A DNA stretch of 64,000 bases, taken from NCBI GenBank assembly GCA_965249485.1, contig OZ252239.1, positions 770,445-834,444 of the forward strand, written 5' to 3'. The notes beneath the pieces are model-generated. The model saw nothing but the letters and a program-made list of their open reading frames with translations, had not been told where the DNA came from and searched no databases. Numbering within the stretch: the stretch's first letter is position 1; each line of letters begins with the position of its first letter. A program made the translations under genes and the position numbers. Of this stretch, positions 20,561 to 30,492 are shown piece by piece. Origin of the DNA: a bacterium (lineage in GTDB: Bacteria; SM23-31).

Positions 20561-21742
20561 TTACGTCGTGTTTCGTAATCTATCAATATTTTCCAGAGCT
20601 AATTTTCCGGTTTCTCCATCTGAATCTAATGCAACAACTTTTTTATATTTTTTCAATGCTTCTTTAATTTTTCCTAATTTTTCTAATGCAATACTCCAAT
20701 TATAATAAGCTTTAACGTACTGTGGATCAAGCTCAATGGCTTTTATATATTTTTCAATGGTTTCATCATGCCTACCTAGATTACCCAGAGCAACACCCCA
20801 GTTATTATAGGCTTTGACATCCTGAGGATCAGTTTCAGTAACTTTTTTATATTTTTCAATTGCTTCATCATATCTACCTTGATTACCCAGTGTAACACCC
20901 CAATTATAAAGTGGTAAACAATAATTTGGATCCATATTCGCTGACATTTCAAACTGTTCAGTAGCCTTCGAAAGCACTCCTGCTTCAGATAACATTATAC
21001 CATAACTGTTTCGAATTGTAGGATGTGGATATAATGCAAGAGCAGTAGAATATTTTCCTTCTGCAATCGTAAATTGCTTTTCTGTCGCATGTTTGACCGC
21101 TTCATGCGCAAGTTGAAAAGCAAGTACTTGCTTTTCATTTTCTTTTTGGTCTAATTCACTTTTAAGTGTATCAATTTTTCTTTTGTAATCGTCAAGTTTT
21201 TCTAATTTATACACAGTAGGTTCTATACCATCAATCCACGTGCAGAGATCCTTTTCAAAAAGTTCTATCCAATGCTGTTCAGATTCATATGCACGGTATA
21301 GATAATTTTTTTCTATCTCTAATTTATTTCTGAACTCAAGCACTTGCTTTAATTGTTCGCCCGGATCTGCCATCATGTCGTCCGGTGTTTTTCGAAAATA
21401 AAACCATATATCTATTCCTGCCTTTTTCGCAACTTCATATTCCTCTTCAAATCCGGATGTGTATTTGCCTGATTTACTCGGTTTGGATCCCCATCTTTTC
21501 CATAACAGCATCACTGCTAAATCGCATGATTTTAAATCTTTATTTATGAGTTTTTGCGGCCTTCCCTTTCCCAATAGAGTATCTTCCCATCCGACAGGTT
21601 CCAATAGCAGGCTAATTGATTTTGCCTTAATATCATTAATTTTGTCTACAATGTTTCCGAATTGTTTTCGCTCGGGATTCAAATCGTTAGGAGATCCAAT
21701 GAAGATTCTTTTTCTTTCAAAATATATTGTTGATTTCGGCAT
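20561..21742 (-). CDS. DUF4062-like N-terminal domain, coiled-coil, and C-terminal TPR-repeat protein
   Basis: N-terminus IFIGSPNDLNPERKQF...SCDLAVMLLWKRWGS...SGFEEEYEVAKKAG resembles DUF4062 (vFiSS..DL..eR...cDi.v.ilg.rYG..tE.Ey.A). Central heptad coiled coil. Four or more TPR motifs (AYNNWGVALGNLGRHDETIEKYIKAIELDP...). Confidence 0.65.
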   Translation of the reverse strand: MPKSTIYFERKRIFIGSPNDLNPERKQFGNIVDKINDIKAKSISLLLEPVGWEDTLLGKGRPQKLINKDLKSCDLAVMLLWKRWGSKPSKSGKYTSGFEEEYEVAKKAGIDIWFYFRKTPDDMMADPGEQLKQVLEFRNKLEIEKNYLYRAYESEQHWIELFEKDLCTWIDGIEPTVYKLEKLDDYKRKIDTLKSELDQKENEKQVLAFQLAHEAVKHATEKQFTIAEGKYSTALALYPHPTIRNSYGIMLSEAGVLSKATEQFEMSANMDPNYCLPLYNWGVTLGNQGRYDEAIEKYKKVTETDPQDVKAYNNWGVALGNLGRHDETIEKYIKAIELDPQYVKAYYNWSIALEKLGKIKEALKKYKKVVALDSDGETGKLALENIDRLRNTT

Positions 21743-21794
21743 TTAAATTTTCCTTTGCCGTTGTGCAACCGGCATTTTTATAAGCAATATTGTG

Positions 21795-22035
21795 ATCTAC
21801 TAAAAACTATTTCAAATATATCTCCAACCAAGCAGCCTGTTCCTTATCATTGATAATCCTATGGAATGGTTCACGGATGCCCTGTCCTTCCAACGGAAAC
21901 CGGATAAATTTGACCGTTTTGCCGTGTTTTTCAAAGCTGTGTAGTACTCAATCGCCTGCGATACCGGCACAACAGGGTCGTCATCGCTGTTGATAATGAG
22001 CAGGGGAGTGGTCACGTTCGAAATAAGATTCACCG
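21795..22035 (-). pseudogene. Frameshifted C-terminal fragment of a second S9 peptidase paralogue
   Basis: VTTPLLIINSDDDPVVPVSQAIEYYTALKNTAK, then in another frame FIRFPLEGQGIREPFHRIINDKEQAAWLEIYLK*, matching the C-terminus of the intact S9 peptidase at 18526-18760. No upstream catalytic body. Confidence 0.6.
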
Positions 22036-22299
22036 GAGAATATTTATCTTACAAATTGAATGCACAAATATAATGAATAATAAAAGGTGAAACAACATTC
22101 ATAATACAAAAATATTTTATTCACCTTATCCTTACTTATTGGTAGTTTGGCGTGTGTGCATATTGGAAAAAGATTGGATAATTCTCCTCTGTACCCTCAC
22201 TTTAAAAAAAGTTTTTGCATTTATGCTTCTTTCTGATTACATTTTTTTTTCAAACCCACCCTTTGTAACGTAACCCGCCGTGAGCTTTGGAGGTAGATA

Positions 22300-23380
22300 A
22301 TGGCTTTGCAGAATTCAGAAGAACAAGCTGCAAAAACTGAAGAAAAAACTGCTCAGGATGTCCTGTATATAGGACTCGATCTTGGCACATCACAAAGTGC
22401 AGTAGCAACCAACACCGGAATTCTGGTTAACACTGCCAGTGTTGTTGGATGGCCAAAAGACCTGATATCTTACAAACTGCATCAGAAAGCAGTCCTGTTT
22501 GGTGACGAATGTGTACGAAACCGAATGTCGGTAGATGTTTTTTATCCGCTTGAGAAAGGTGTCATTTCCACATCGTCCAAGGGGAAAAAAACTGACGATT
22601 CCGAACGGAAAGATACTGCACCTGGTGAGTTTATTCGGCATATGATAACGCTTGCTGAACCGAATCAAAATCAGCAGAAATTTCTTGTTGTCGGTGTGCC
22701 TGCGGAAGCTTCTGTTGAGGATAAACAGGCCATTATCAATACCGCTGCTGGTCTGGTTGATTCTGTTCTTGTTGTTTCTCAGCCATTCCTCGTCGCGTAC
22801 GGTCTCGGTTTGTACGGTTTCTCACTTGTTGTCGATATCGGTGCCGGAACGACCGATATTTGCCGCATGCACGGAACAATACCTGAAGAATCCGATCAGA
22901 AAACCTCATTCAAAGCGGGTACTCACATCGATTCACTCCTATTTGATCTCCTCAGATCAAAATATCCGAAAGCCAACATCACAAAAATGATGGCGCAGCA
23001 TTTTAAAGAGAAATATGCGTTTGTCGGCAATATTAATGAACAGATTTCGGTTGAGCTCAACATTGGTGGAAAAAACAGGACACTACGATATTACAAAAGA
23101 AGTAAAAGATGCGTGTGAGAATATTGTACCTGACATTGTGGCGACGCTCAGGCACCTGGTATCAAGTTTCGATCCTGAATTTCAGGATGAGCTCAGAAAT
23201 AATGTGCTCTTTGCGGGATGCGGAAGCAGAATTCGCGGACTTTCTCAGTTGGTAGCATCAGAGCTTGCTGATCTTGGACCGATTAACACCCAAATCGTTG
23301 AAGACCCGGTTTATGCCGGCGCTTTCGGAGCGCTCCGGATTGGCCAGGACATGCCCCTCAGTGAATGGAAACATATGTAG
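22300..23380 (+). pseudogene. MamK-like actin-family ATPase (actin/MreB/ParM superfamily); frameshifted in an A6 run at 23070-23075
   Basis: YIGLDLGTSQSAV (phosphate-1), VVGVPAEAS, VDIGAGTTDI, FAGCGSRIRGL, and overall collinearity with MamK. ORF1 (22300..23118) and ORF2 (23015..23380) overlap in different frames. Deleting one A of GGAAAAAACAGG restores ...IGGKTGHYDITKEVK. Confidence 0.75.
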
Positions 23381-23462
23381 AACTAGATGATTATGATCGT
23401 CTTATAAAAAGATTTTCAGCACGATTGGCTATTAGTAATAAGAGTAGAGTTGAGAAAATTCC

Positions 23463-23666
23463 CTAACTCACTTCAAAAAACTGACTCTCATCACCGTCGG
23501 GGGAGATGTTGAGCGTTACTTTCTTAGCGCATTTCGGATACCAACCCACAAATGCATTGCGTTGTTTATTAAGGTAAATCCGGCTGTACACATTACAGCA
23601 CTTGAAATGGATACCAACAAATGGCCGGGATTCGGATTTTTCTTTGTTACTGTCGTGTTGTGTCAT
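23463..23666 (-). CDS. Small Cys-containing hypothetical protein, translationally coupled (ATGA overlap) to the macro-domain gene
   Basis: 67-aa ORF. Its ATG overlaps the TGA of the upstream gene (23663-23666). H21/C23/C24/C46 give a possible zinc site. No family recognised. Confidence 0.35.
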   Translation of the reverse strand: MTQHDSNKEKSESRPFVGIHFKCCNVYSRIYLNKQRNAFVGWYPKCAKKVTLNISPDGDESQFFEVS

Positions 23667-24193
23667 GCCGAAAAAGTCCTCCGCAGTTCGTTTTCGAACA
23701 CAGTAAAACTTTCATTTCCGAAAAGAACAAACCGGATCGTTTTAAGGTGTTTTGATTCGGTCAGAAATGTTATGGATTCATTGAGCATAATCTGAGCACA
23801 CAAATGTATCAGAAGTCCACCGACACCGGTACTTATTGCTGGGAAGGCAATCGATTCGAGTCGGTTCTCTTCAGCAAGCCGCAAGCTTGCCTTTGTAGTC
23901 TTCCGAACTTTTTCTTCGTCAGTCTTCAGGTCTTGACCCATACCAGCGGCATGGATAACATGTCGGGCAGTCAGCGTCCCCCCCGACGTGATAACAGCAC
24001 CGCCGACTTCGACCGGCCCCTGTTTGACCGCTTCAGTCTCGATTATCTGGCCGCCTTTTTTCTTGATCGCACCTGCAACTCCTGAACCCATCCAAAAATG
24101 GTTATTTGCAGCATTGACGACAGCATCGACATCCTGTTCTGTAATATCGCCTTCAACGACCTCAACCGATCCATGACCAATAGTTACTTTCAT
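23663..24193 (-). CDS. Macro-domain protein (O-acetyl-ADP-ribose deacetylase / ADP-ribose-binding, YmdB-like)
   Basis: VEVVEGDITEQDVDAVVNAANNHFWMGSGVAGAI...AFPAISTGVGG matches macro-domain motifs. Confidence 0.9.
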   Translation of the reverse strand: MKVTIGHGSVEVVEGDITEQDVDAVVNAANNHFWMGSGVAGAIKKKGGQIIETEAVKQGPVEVGGAVITSGGTLTARHVIHAAGMGQDLKTDEEKVRKTTKASLRLAEENRLESIAFPAISTGVGGLLIHLCAQIMLNESITFLTESKHLKTIRFVLFGNESFTVFENELRRTFSA

Positions 24194-24493
24194 ATTTCCC
24201 TACCTGTATAATGTGAACCCAGCTCGAAACAAATGGGAGAGACTTAGTTTTTGCATACAGATCACAAAAATTAAATAAAAAATCATAAAAAGACAAAAGA
24301 AAAGGTTATAGAGTCTAATAATATTCTCAAGATAAAGTGTTCGCAAGCTCACCGTGCGTCACATCAACCTCATTTTAACTTGATTTTATATGATATGCAT
24401 GTTATCTTCTAATCTAGTTAGCACGTCTAAAAGTATATAAAAACAACATCCTGTACAGGGTCATGAATGGAAGTACATTCCGGTTGAGATCAT

Positions 24494-25741
24494 ATGGAAA
24501 CAAAAAAATTATTTAATTGGGAAGTTGAAAAAAAGATTAAAGAGCTTGAAGGCGGCCTCCAGTTTAAGGAGGTCACTATGGTCGATCTGCAGGAGTTTGT
24601 ACTTCAACACAATTACTATAATGGGGAGAACGATGAGGTCTTTGTCTACCTCTGCAATGCATACTTCGATCGGTCAGAACAGGATAAAGCGGAAGAAGTT
24701 TTCGCGAAAATTTTTGAGAAATGGAAAATTGTCAGCAACAAATTTCCTCAAAACATACTGAAACTGAAGCATCTCGCCGATCTGATTATCAGTAAAATTA
24801 AATATGTTCCGGACAAAATGGTCGAGCACTTTAAACATCAGAATGAACAGGAATTGTCCCTGTTGATAGGGTATTGTATCGACCGGTATGTCACGTATGA
24901 AAGAGCAGAACTGCTCGGCCCGTTTCTCCAAAAACTACCTTACAAAGGAGATGATCCGCAGACGCTCTTTAACCTGATCAACGCTACTGTCGAAATCAAT
25001 TCCGATCTGGTCGATGATTATCTGAAACTGGCGCTGAAAGCAATAAAAGATCCGATTTCATTCCTGAATAACATCCAGTTCACATCGGAACTGTTCAGCG
25101 TTGTCCATCCTGACACACTGAAAGAGATCCTCGATTTGCCGGGTATCAATACGAAATTCCATCAGTTTATCAAATTTGAATCCTTTATGGAATCGCTCGA
25201 TAAAATTCCGTCGCTCGATGCACCGTTTTTTATTAAAATTTCGAACCAGCTCTACGAAAAAAACACCACTCTGGCGATCCAGTATGGCTTGCGTGCTATC
25301 AAAAAATCTGATTTTCAATTGAGCGAACATCTTAAGGAAATTAAATGCGCATGTGAAAACGATCCGCCTGAACAACCTTCTATTGCGGAGCAGATTATGC
25401 TCACCGCTCTCAAAGATGGAAATGCAAAAAAAATCTGGCTTGTTGTTAATAACAGCTATTTTGTTAATGCCACGAACATCACACAGTATGATGCAGCATT
25501 GAAGTACACCGCGGCCGCCGTGAAAATCAGCAAAGCGAACTCCGATATGATCTCACAACATATCCAGTTTCTCATGCGCCGAATGCGGTCGGTCGATGGT
25601 CCGGAAGGTATCCTCGAAAGGGACAGGTATAAACACAAAGCAGAGAATTCACAGTTCAGCCGCCAGATAGATATGTTCAGAGTCCTCTACCAGAAAAAAA
25701 TCAGGAAAGAAATTTCTGATTTAAAGCACGTATACCTGTAA
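24494..25741 (+). CDS. Hypothetical all-alpha protein (415 aa), no recognisable domain
   Basis: Long uninterrupted ORF flanked by AT-rich intergenic regions. Helix-rich composition. TAA stop. Confidence 0.55.
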   Translation: METKKLFNWEVEKKIKELEGGLQFKEVTMVDLQEFVLQHNYYNGENDEVFVYLCNAYFDRSEQDKAEEVFAKIFEKWKIVSNKFPQNILKLKHLADLIISKIKYVPDKMVEHFKHQNEQELSLLIGYCIDRYVTYERAELLGPFLQKLPYKGDDPQTLFNLINATVEINSDLVDDYLKLALKAIKDPISFLNNIQFTSELFSVVHPDTLKEILDLPGINTKFHQFIKFESFMESLDKIPSLDAPFFIKISNQLYEKNTTLAIQYGLRAIKKSDFQLSEHLKEIKCACENDPPEQPSIAEQIMLTALKDGNAKKIWLVVNNSYFVNATNITQYDAALKYTAAAVKISKANSDMISQHIQFLMRRMRSVDGPEGILERDRYKHKAENSQFSRQIDMFRVLYQKKIRKEISDLKHVYL

Positions 25742-25939
25742 CCGGCTTCTTGGAGCAAGACCGGATGAAAAACGATAGTTATATAAGCATCATTTTACGC
25801 AACCTGTTCATCAGATCCATTGCAATTTAGTATCTCCCTATACAAGGGTACAGCAGACTTTTTTCGTACACCAATCAACAACAATAATACTCACAGAATG
25901 CCCCGATCTAATCTATGCGGATTGTACATCCCTTGAAAG

Positions 25940-27247
25940 TTGAAAAAAATGGTTTGTCCAAAAAACTTTAATCGGATACTGTTTACCATTCTTGCTTTAG
26001 TGTTGCTGCCTCTGAGCTCATCATTTGGGCAAAACGAGACGGTAAAAGTTTTGACGGTGGAAAGTGCAATAACGCCAGTAAGTGCTGAATATATCATGAA
26101 AGCGATTGAGCAGGCAGAGTTGGAAAACGCCGAGTGCATCATCATTCAACTCGATACACCCGGCGGTCTGATGACTTCAATGGAAGATATCATCAAGAAA
26201 ATATTAGGATCACAAGTTCCCGTAATTGTTTATGTGGCCCCGAGCGGTGCAACCGCAGGTTCAGCCGGAGTGTTTATCACCATGTCTGCTCACATTGCAG
26301 CGATGGCGCCGGCAACGAACATCGGTGCAGCCCATCCAGTCAGTCTCGGATCTCCAGTCGATACGGCGAGTGTCATGGAAGAAAAAATCACCAATAACGC
26401 CGCGGCATATGCCCGCTCTATTGCCGAGAAAAGGGACAAAAATGCGGATTGGGCGGAAAAAGCAGTGCGCGAAAGTGTTTCGATTACGTCGAACGAAGCG
26501 CTCGAAATCGGTGTAATTGACCTCATTGTCCCGACAGTCGATTCTCTACTTTCCGCGATAGACGGCAGGGAAATTGAAGTAATTCTCGGCACCAAAACGC
26601 TCAAAACAAAAGAGGCGCGAATCGAAGAAATTGAACTCGGTTTGCGGTACAGGATACTCTCCCTGATTGTCGACCCGAATATAGCTTACATATTCATGAT
26701 GCTCGGTATGGCAGGTGTAATGCTTGAACTCTACAATCCAGGCTCGATTTTCCCTGGAGTCATTGGCGGTATTTCTCTTATTCTTGCCTTTTACGCGATG
26801 CAGACACTGCCCGTTAATTACGCTGGGCTCTTACTCATAATTCTTGCTGTTGTACTCTTTATTCTGGAGGTCAAAGTGACAAGTTTCGGAATGCTGACGG
26901 TCGGCGGCATTGTTGCGCTTACGTTAGGTTCGGTTATGCTGTTTGATTCCCCGGAAGCAATTCTGCGTGTTTCCTGGAAAGTGATAATCCCGACAGTGAT
27001 GTTGACGGCGTTATTCTTTAGCATCATTATCGGTCTTGCAATCAAAGCGCAAAAAAGACGTCCTTCCATCGGGAATGAAGCTTTAATCGGGGAAACGGGA
27101 GTCGCTCAGACTCGAATCAGGAAAGAAGGCCAGATATTGCTGCACGGCGAGATTTGGAAAGCAACAAGTGAGGATACAATAAAAAAAGGTGACTCGGTAA
27201 AGGCGATCAGCATTAAAAATCTCGAAGTGAAAGTGGAAAAAATTTGA
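25940..27247 (+). CDS. NfeD-family membrane-bound ClpP-class serine protease (stomatin operon partner)
   Basis: Signal peptide, ClpP-like domain (GGLMTSMEDI, SGATAGSAG), TM segments, C-terminal OB-fold. Followed by a stomatin gene. Confidence 0.9.
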   Translation: MKKMVCPKNFNRILFTILALVLLPLSSSFGQNETVKVLTVESAITPVSAEYIMKAIEQAELENAECIIIQLDTPGGLMTSMEDIIKKILGSQVPVIVYVAPSGATAGSAGVFITMSAHIAAMAPATNIGAAHPVSLGSPVDTASVMEEKITNNAAAYARSIAEKRDKNADWAEKAVRESVSITSNEALEIGVIDLIVPTVDSLLSAIDGREIEVILGTKTLKTKEARIEEIELGLRYRILSLIVDPNIAYIFMMLGMAGVMLELYNPGSIFPGVIGGISLILAFYAMQTLPVNYAGLLLIILAVVLFILEVKVTSFGMLTVGGIVALTLGSVMLFDSPEAILRVSWKVIIPTVMLTALFFSIIIGLAIKAQKRRPSIGNEALIGETGVAQTRIRKEGQILLHGEIWKATSEDTIKKGDSVKAISIKNLEVKVEKI

Positions 27248-27345
27248 TAGTCCGGGTACAATCTGAACATTACGTAAATATACCACATAGATTATAATAA
27301 CTCCATATTCAGCAGTACTATTCTCCAATGAGAAAGGAGTAAATC

Positions 27346-28110
27346 ATGCCTCCTGTTACATCTGGTTTTATTGTCGTCAGTATCATAGCGATATTCCTAT
27401 TAGCCAGTATGATCAAAATCCTCAGGGAATATGAGCGAGGTGTCATTTTCCGTTTGGGACGCTTGATCGGGGTAAAAGGGCCCGGCATTATCATTCTGAT
27501 CCCGTTGATCGATCGTATGGTCAAAATCAGTCTTCGTACTATCGTTATGGATGTTCCTCCACAGGATATCATAACAAAAGACAATGTCTCAGTCAAGGTG
27601 AATGCCGTGATCTATTTCAGGGTGTTGGGCGCTGATAAGGCAGTGGTGGAGGTGGAAAACTTTATGTTTGCAACATCACAGCTCGCACAGACGACACTCC
27701 GGAGCGTTCTCGGCCAGGCAGAGCTTGACGAACTCCTTTCCGAGCGCGATAAAATTAATCTGAAACTACAGCAGATCATAGACAGTCATACCGATCCGTG
27801 GGGTATCAAAGTCTCAATGGTCGAGGTAAAACACATCGACCTGCCGCAGGAGATGCAACGTGCAATGGCAAAACAAGCAGAAGCCGAACGTGAACGGCGC
27901 GCGAAAATCATCGCAGCGGAAGGTGAGTTTCAGGCAGCAACCAAGCTTGGCGAAGCTGCTGAGATCATCAGTAAGAATCCGAGTACGCTGCAGCTCCGTT
28001 ATCTCCAGACACTAGTCGAAATCTCAAGTGCAGGTACTTCTTCGACTATTATTCCTCTACCGATCGATCTGCTGAAGCCTATAATTGATAAATTGGGTGG
28101 CAGTAAATAG
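27346..28110 (+). CDS. SPFH/Band-7 stomatin-family protein
   Basis: N-terminal TM, then the SPFH core [21 protein letters not shown] and coiled-coil [27 protein letters not shown]. Confidence 0.9.
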   Translation: MPPVTSGFIVVSIIAIFLLASMIKILREYERGVIFRLGRLIGVKGPGIIILIPLIDRMVKISLRTIVMDVPPQDIITKDNVSVKVNAVIYFRVLGADKAVVEVENFMFATSQLAQTTLRSVLGQAELDELLSERDKINLKLQQIIDSHTDPWGIKVSMVEVKHIDLPQEMQRAMAKQAEAERERRAKIIAAEGEFQAATKLGEAAEIISKNPSTLQLRYLQTLVEISSAGTSSTIIPLPIDLLKPIIDKLGGSK

Positions 28111-28144
28111 TAATACACTCTGTGTAAAAGAGAACTCTCATAAA

Positions 28145-28180
28145 AAGGGTGCAGTCCGGTCTACTGCACCCTTTTTGTAA
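28145..28180 (+). terminator. Rho-independent terminator after the stomatin gene
   Basis: AAGGGTGCAG-TCCGGTCTA-CTGCACCCTT followed by TTTTG. Confidence 0.65.
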
Positions 28181-28302
28181 ACAAAATGTATTCGGTACCT
28201 GAAGTTTTTCACCCCCTATAATTGAGTGATTCGAGTTTTCAGCCGAAAATGAGTATAGAAGATCACACGCATTATATATAGTTGACACTGTAGGCACAAA
28301 CA

Positions 28303-28887
28303 ATGAATTTTTTTGTTATCATAACATCAATAGTGTTTCTAAGCGGAGCCTTTTCAATTGACGAAAGCTCTGCCCAATCGGTGCAGCAGAACACCATACC
28401 ATATGCAACATTTCCGTCAAAATTTCCACCATCCGCAGAAATAGTCTCTGCCCGATACTATCAAGAGTCCGCAAGCAGAGGTGGTATCATGATTGGACTG
28501 AAATCGCTCTTATTCGGACCGCGTATTGGGCTCGAAGCCAACGAAAGCGTGCCGATATCATTCATAGAAAAAGCGAATCTTTTCGTACCTCTTGCCCCAT
28601 TTCAAGCGTATTCGGAAAACGGTATCAAGGGATTCCTCACGAGCGCGTTTATCGGACCTCGTGTTGGGATGGAAATCAAAGAGCGAAAAATCCGAAGAAA
28701 AGAAAAGATCGGCCTGCTTATCATGGCCGGTATTACCTACCATCTCATGACTTCGAAACCCTCGTCAAGCGGTGTTATATCCGAGGTTATCCTCGGTGCG
28801 TTCCTGTCACGTTTATGGCCTGCGTATGAAGCCTACCGCGGCAAAACCATGACCGACATCGATATCACAGAAAACCTCCGCAAATAA
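28303..28887 (+). CDS. Hypothetical secreted/outer-membrane protein
   Basis: 194-aa ORF with an N-terminal signal-like hydrophobic segment. Alternating beta-like pattern. No family recognised. Confidence 0.4.
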   Translation: MNFFVIITSIVFLSGAFSIDESSAQSVQQNTIPYATFPSKFPPSAEIVSARYYQESASRGGIMIGLKSLLFGPRIGLEANESVPISFIEKANLFVPLAPFQAYSENGIKGFLTSAFIGPRVGMEIKERKIRRKEKIGLLIMAGITYHLMTSKPSSSGVISEVILGAFLSRLWPAYEAYRGKTMTDIDITENLRK

Positions 28888-29321
28888 GTAATGATTTCCT
28901 GAAAGTCAACAATTTTCATATACATTCTGATAATTATTTTCTGATTCCTCAAAACACTATAATCAAACTGTCACTCCAGCTGGAATTCTAACAATCTACC
29001 GGGACGAAATGGAGAAATCTCAACATTAATGATTATTTTATAAAAAGTCATTCGAGATCATCATTCTGTAAGGGGCCGAGCATCTGACGAGGAGTTTATA
29101 ATTTAAAGAAAAGAGCTATATTCTAAATAATTAAGAAAACAAGTCCATAATGATTAGATATATGTTTTAAACACGGGTCTGAAAACTTTAAAACGAGTAG
29201 TATTAAAAAAAAACGTGCAAATATAATAAAAACCTCACTATATTTTATAAAGCACATATATCATTCCTTACATTATAGACATTTTCTTACTCCTGACTAT
29301 CCCGAGAAAGGAGATAATATC

Positions 29322-29959
29322 ATGGGTATGTGGTCTACATTTGTCGATGTAATCCAGAACGGTATCCTTGTATTTACCAATGTCTTCGGGGGGAGCATGG
29401 GTACGGCGATCATTGCTGTCTCACTGCTCATTCGCATGGCATTGTTCCCGCTCACACTAAAGCTCGCACATCGTTCTTTCATTCGTAACAATATGCTCAT
29501 AAAACTGAAACCAGAACTTGACACGTTGAAGATACATTTCAAGAATCAACCGGACCGGTTAACCCGCGAGACCATGAAAGTTTTCAACCGCAACGGGATC
29601 AAAATGGTTGATACGAGCAACTTGTTTGGTGGCCTGATTCAGGCCCCAGTTTTTGTGGTCTCTTCTCGGCAATACGAAATATTATCACTGGAGGCGGTCG
29701 ATTTGTCTGGATAAAAGATATAGCAAAACCCGACTTTTTGCTGACACTCTGTGTCACGTCTATAGCAGTATTTGCCGCTTCTCTCAACCCGAATCTTGCT
29801 GAACACAACCGGATGCTGCTTATTATGCTACCAGCTGTAGGGACACTCTTTTTTCTCTGGTACAACTCTGCAGGAATCGCTCTCTATTGGGGTACGACAA
29901 GTTTTGTTACCATTATTCAAAATGGTATCATCATGCATAAAGCAAAACATACGAAATAA
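29322..29959 (+). pseudogene. yidC: Short YidC/Oxa1-family membrane insertase, frameshifted near a T5 run at 29650-29654
   Basis: ORF1 ...LIRMALFPLTLK...LIQAPVF, then in the -1 frame ...GLFSAIRNIITGGGRFVWIKDIAKPDF (the FLWIKDLS motif), continuing into ORF2 29738..29959 (LYWGTTSFVTIIQ). Adding one T restores a single ORF. Confidence 0.7.
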
Positions 29960-29984
29960 ACATATATATTATCCAAAATAGTGT

Positions 29985-30022
29985 TTGAGCTCTGCTGTTA
30001 TTAATGACGGTAGAGCTTTTTT
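29985..30022 (+). terminator. Rho-independent terminator after yidC
   Basis: AGCTCT...AGAGCT hairpin followed by TTTTTTTG. Confidence 0.5.
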
Positions 30023-30117
30023 TGTTTGTACCGGTTAAAATATTTTCGTGGAAATTGAACATGTACGTTCGTACATTTATACAAGTGGTTGCAGTAAATA
30101 TCATGTAATTATATTAA

Positions 30118-30470
30118 ACCCGGAGCGTGGAAAGATGGCCGCGTTTCCCGATTATTTGGGAGATGAGGAAAGTCCGAACTCCACAGGGCAGGATGCCCCG
30201 TGAAAACGGGGTCGTTCCGGTTCACCGGAATGCAGGAAAGTGCCGCAGAAAATATACCGCCCCGTTCCTCGGAATGGGGTAAGGGTGAAAAGGCGAGGTA
30301 AGAGCTCACCGCGTTTTCGGTAACGGAAACGGCAGGGTAAACCCCATCCGGAGCGAGACCAAATAGAGGAGAAGAGGCTGCCCGTCTCATTTGACTCCCG
30401 GGTAGGTCGCATCAGATAAATGGCCATCCGCGACAGAATTCGGCTTACCGAGCGCTTCGGGTTTAGTATA
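30118..30470 (+). ncRNA. rnpB: RNase P RNA (bacterial type A)
   Basis: Conserved blocks GAGGAAAGTCCG, AGGGTGAAAAGG...GGTAAGAGCTCACC, GGTAAACCCCATCCGGAGC...CAAATAG, ACAGAATTCGGCTTAC, all in canonical order. No credible ORF across it. Confidence 0.85.
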
Positions 30471-30492
30471 ATTTATTGTCTTATCAGCCATC

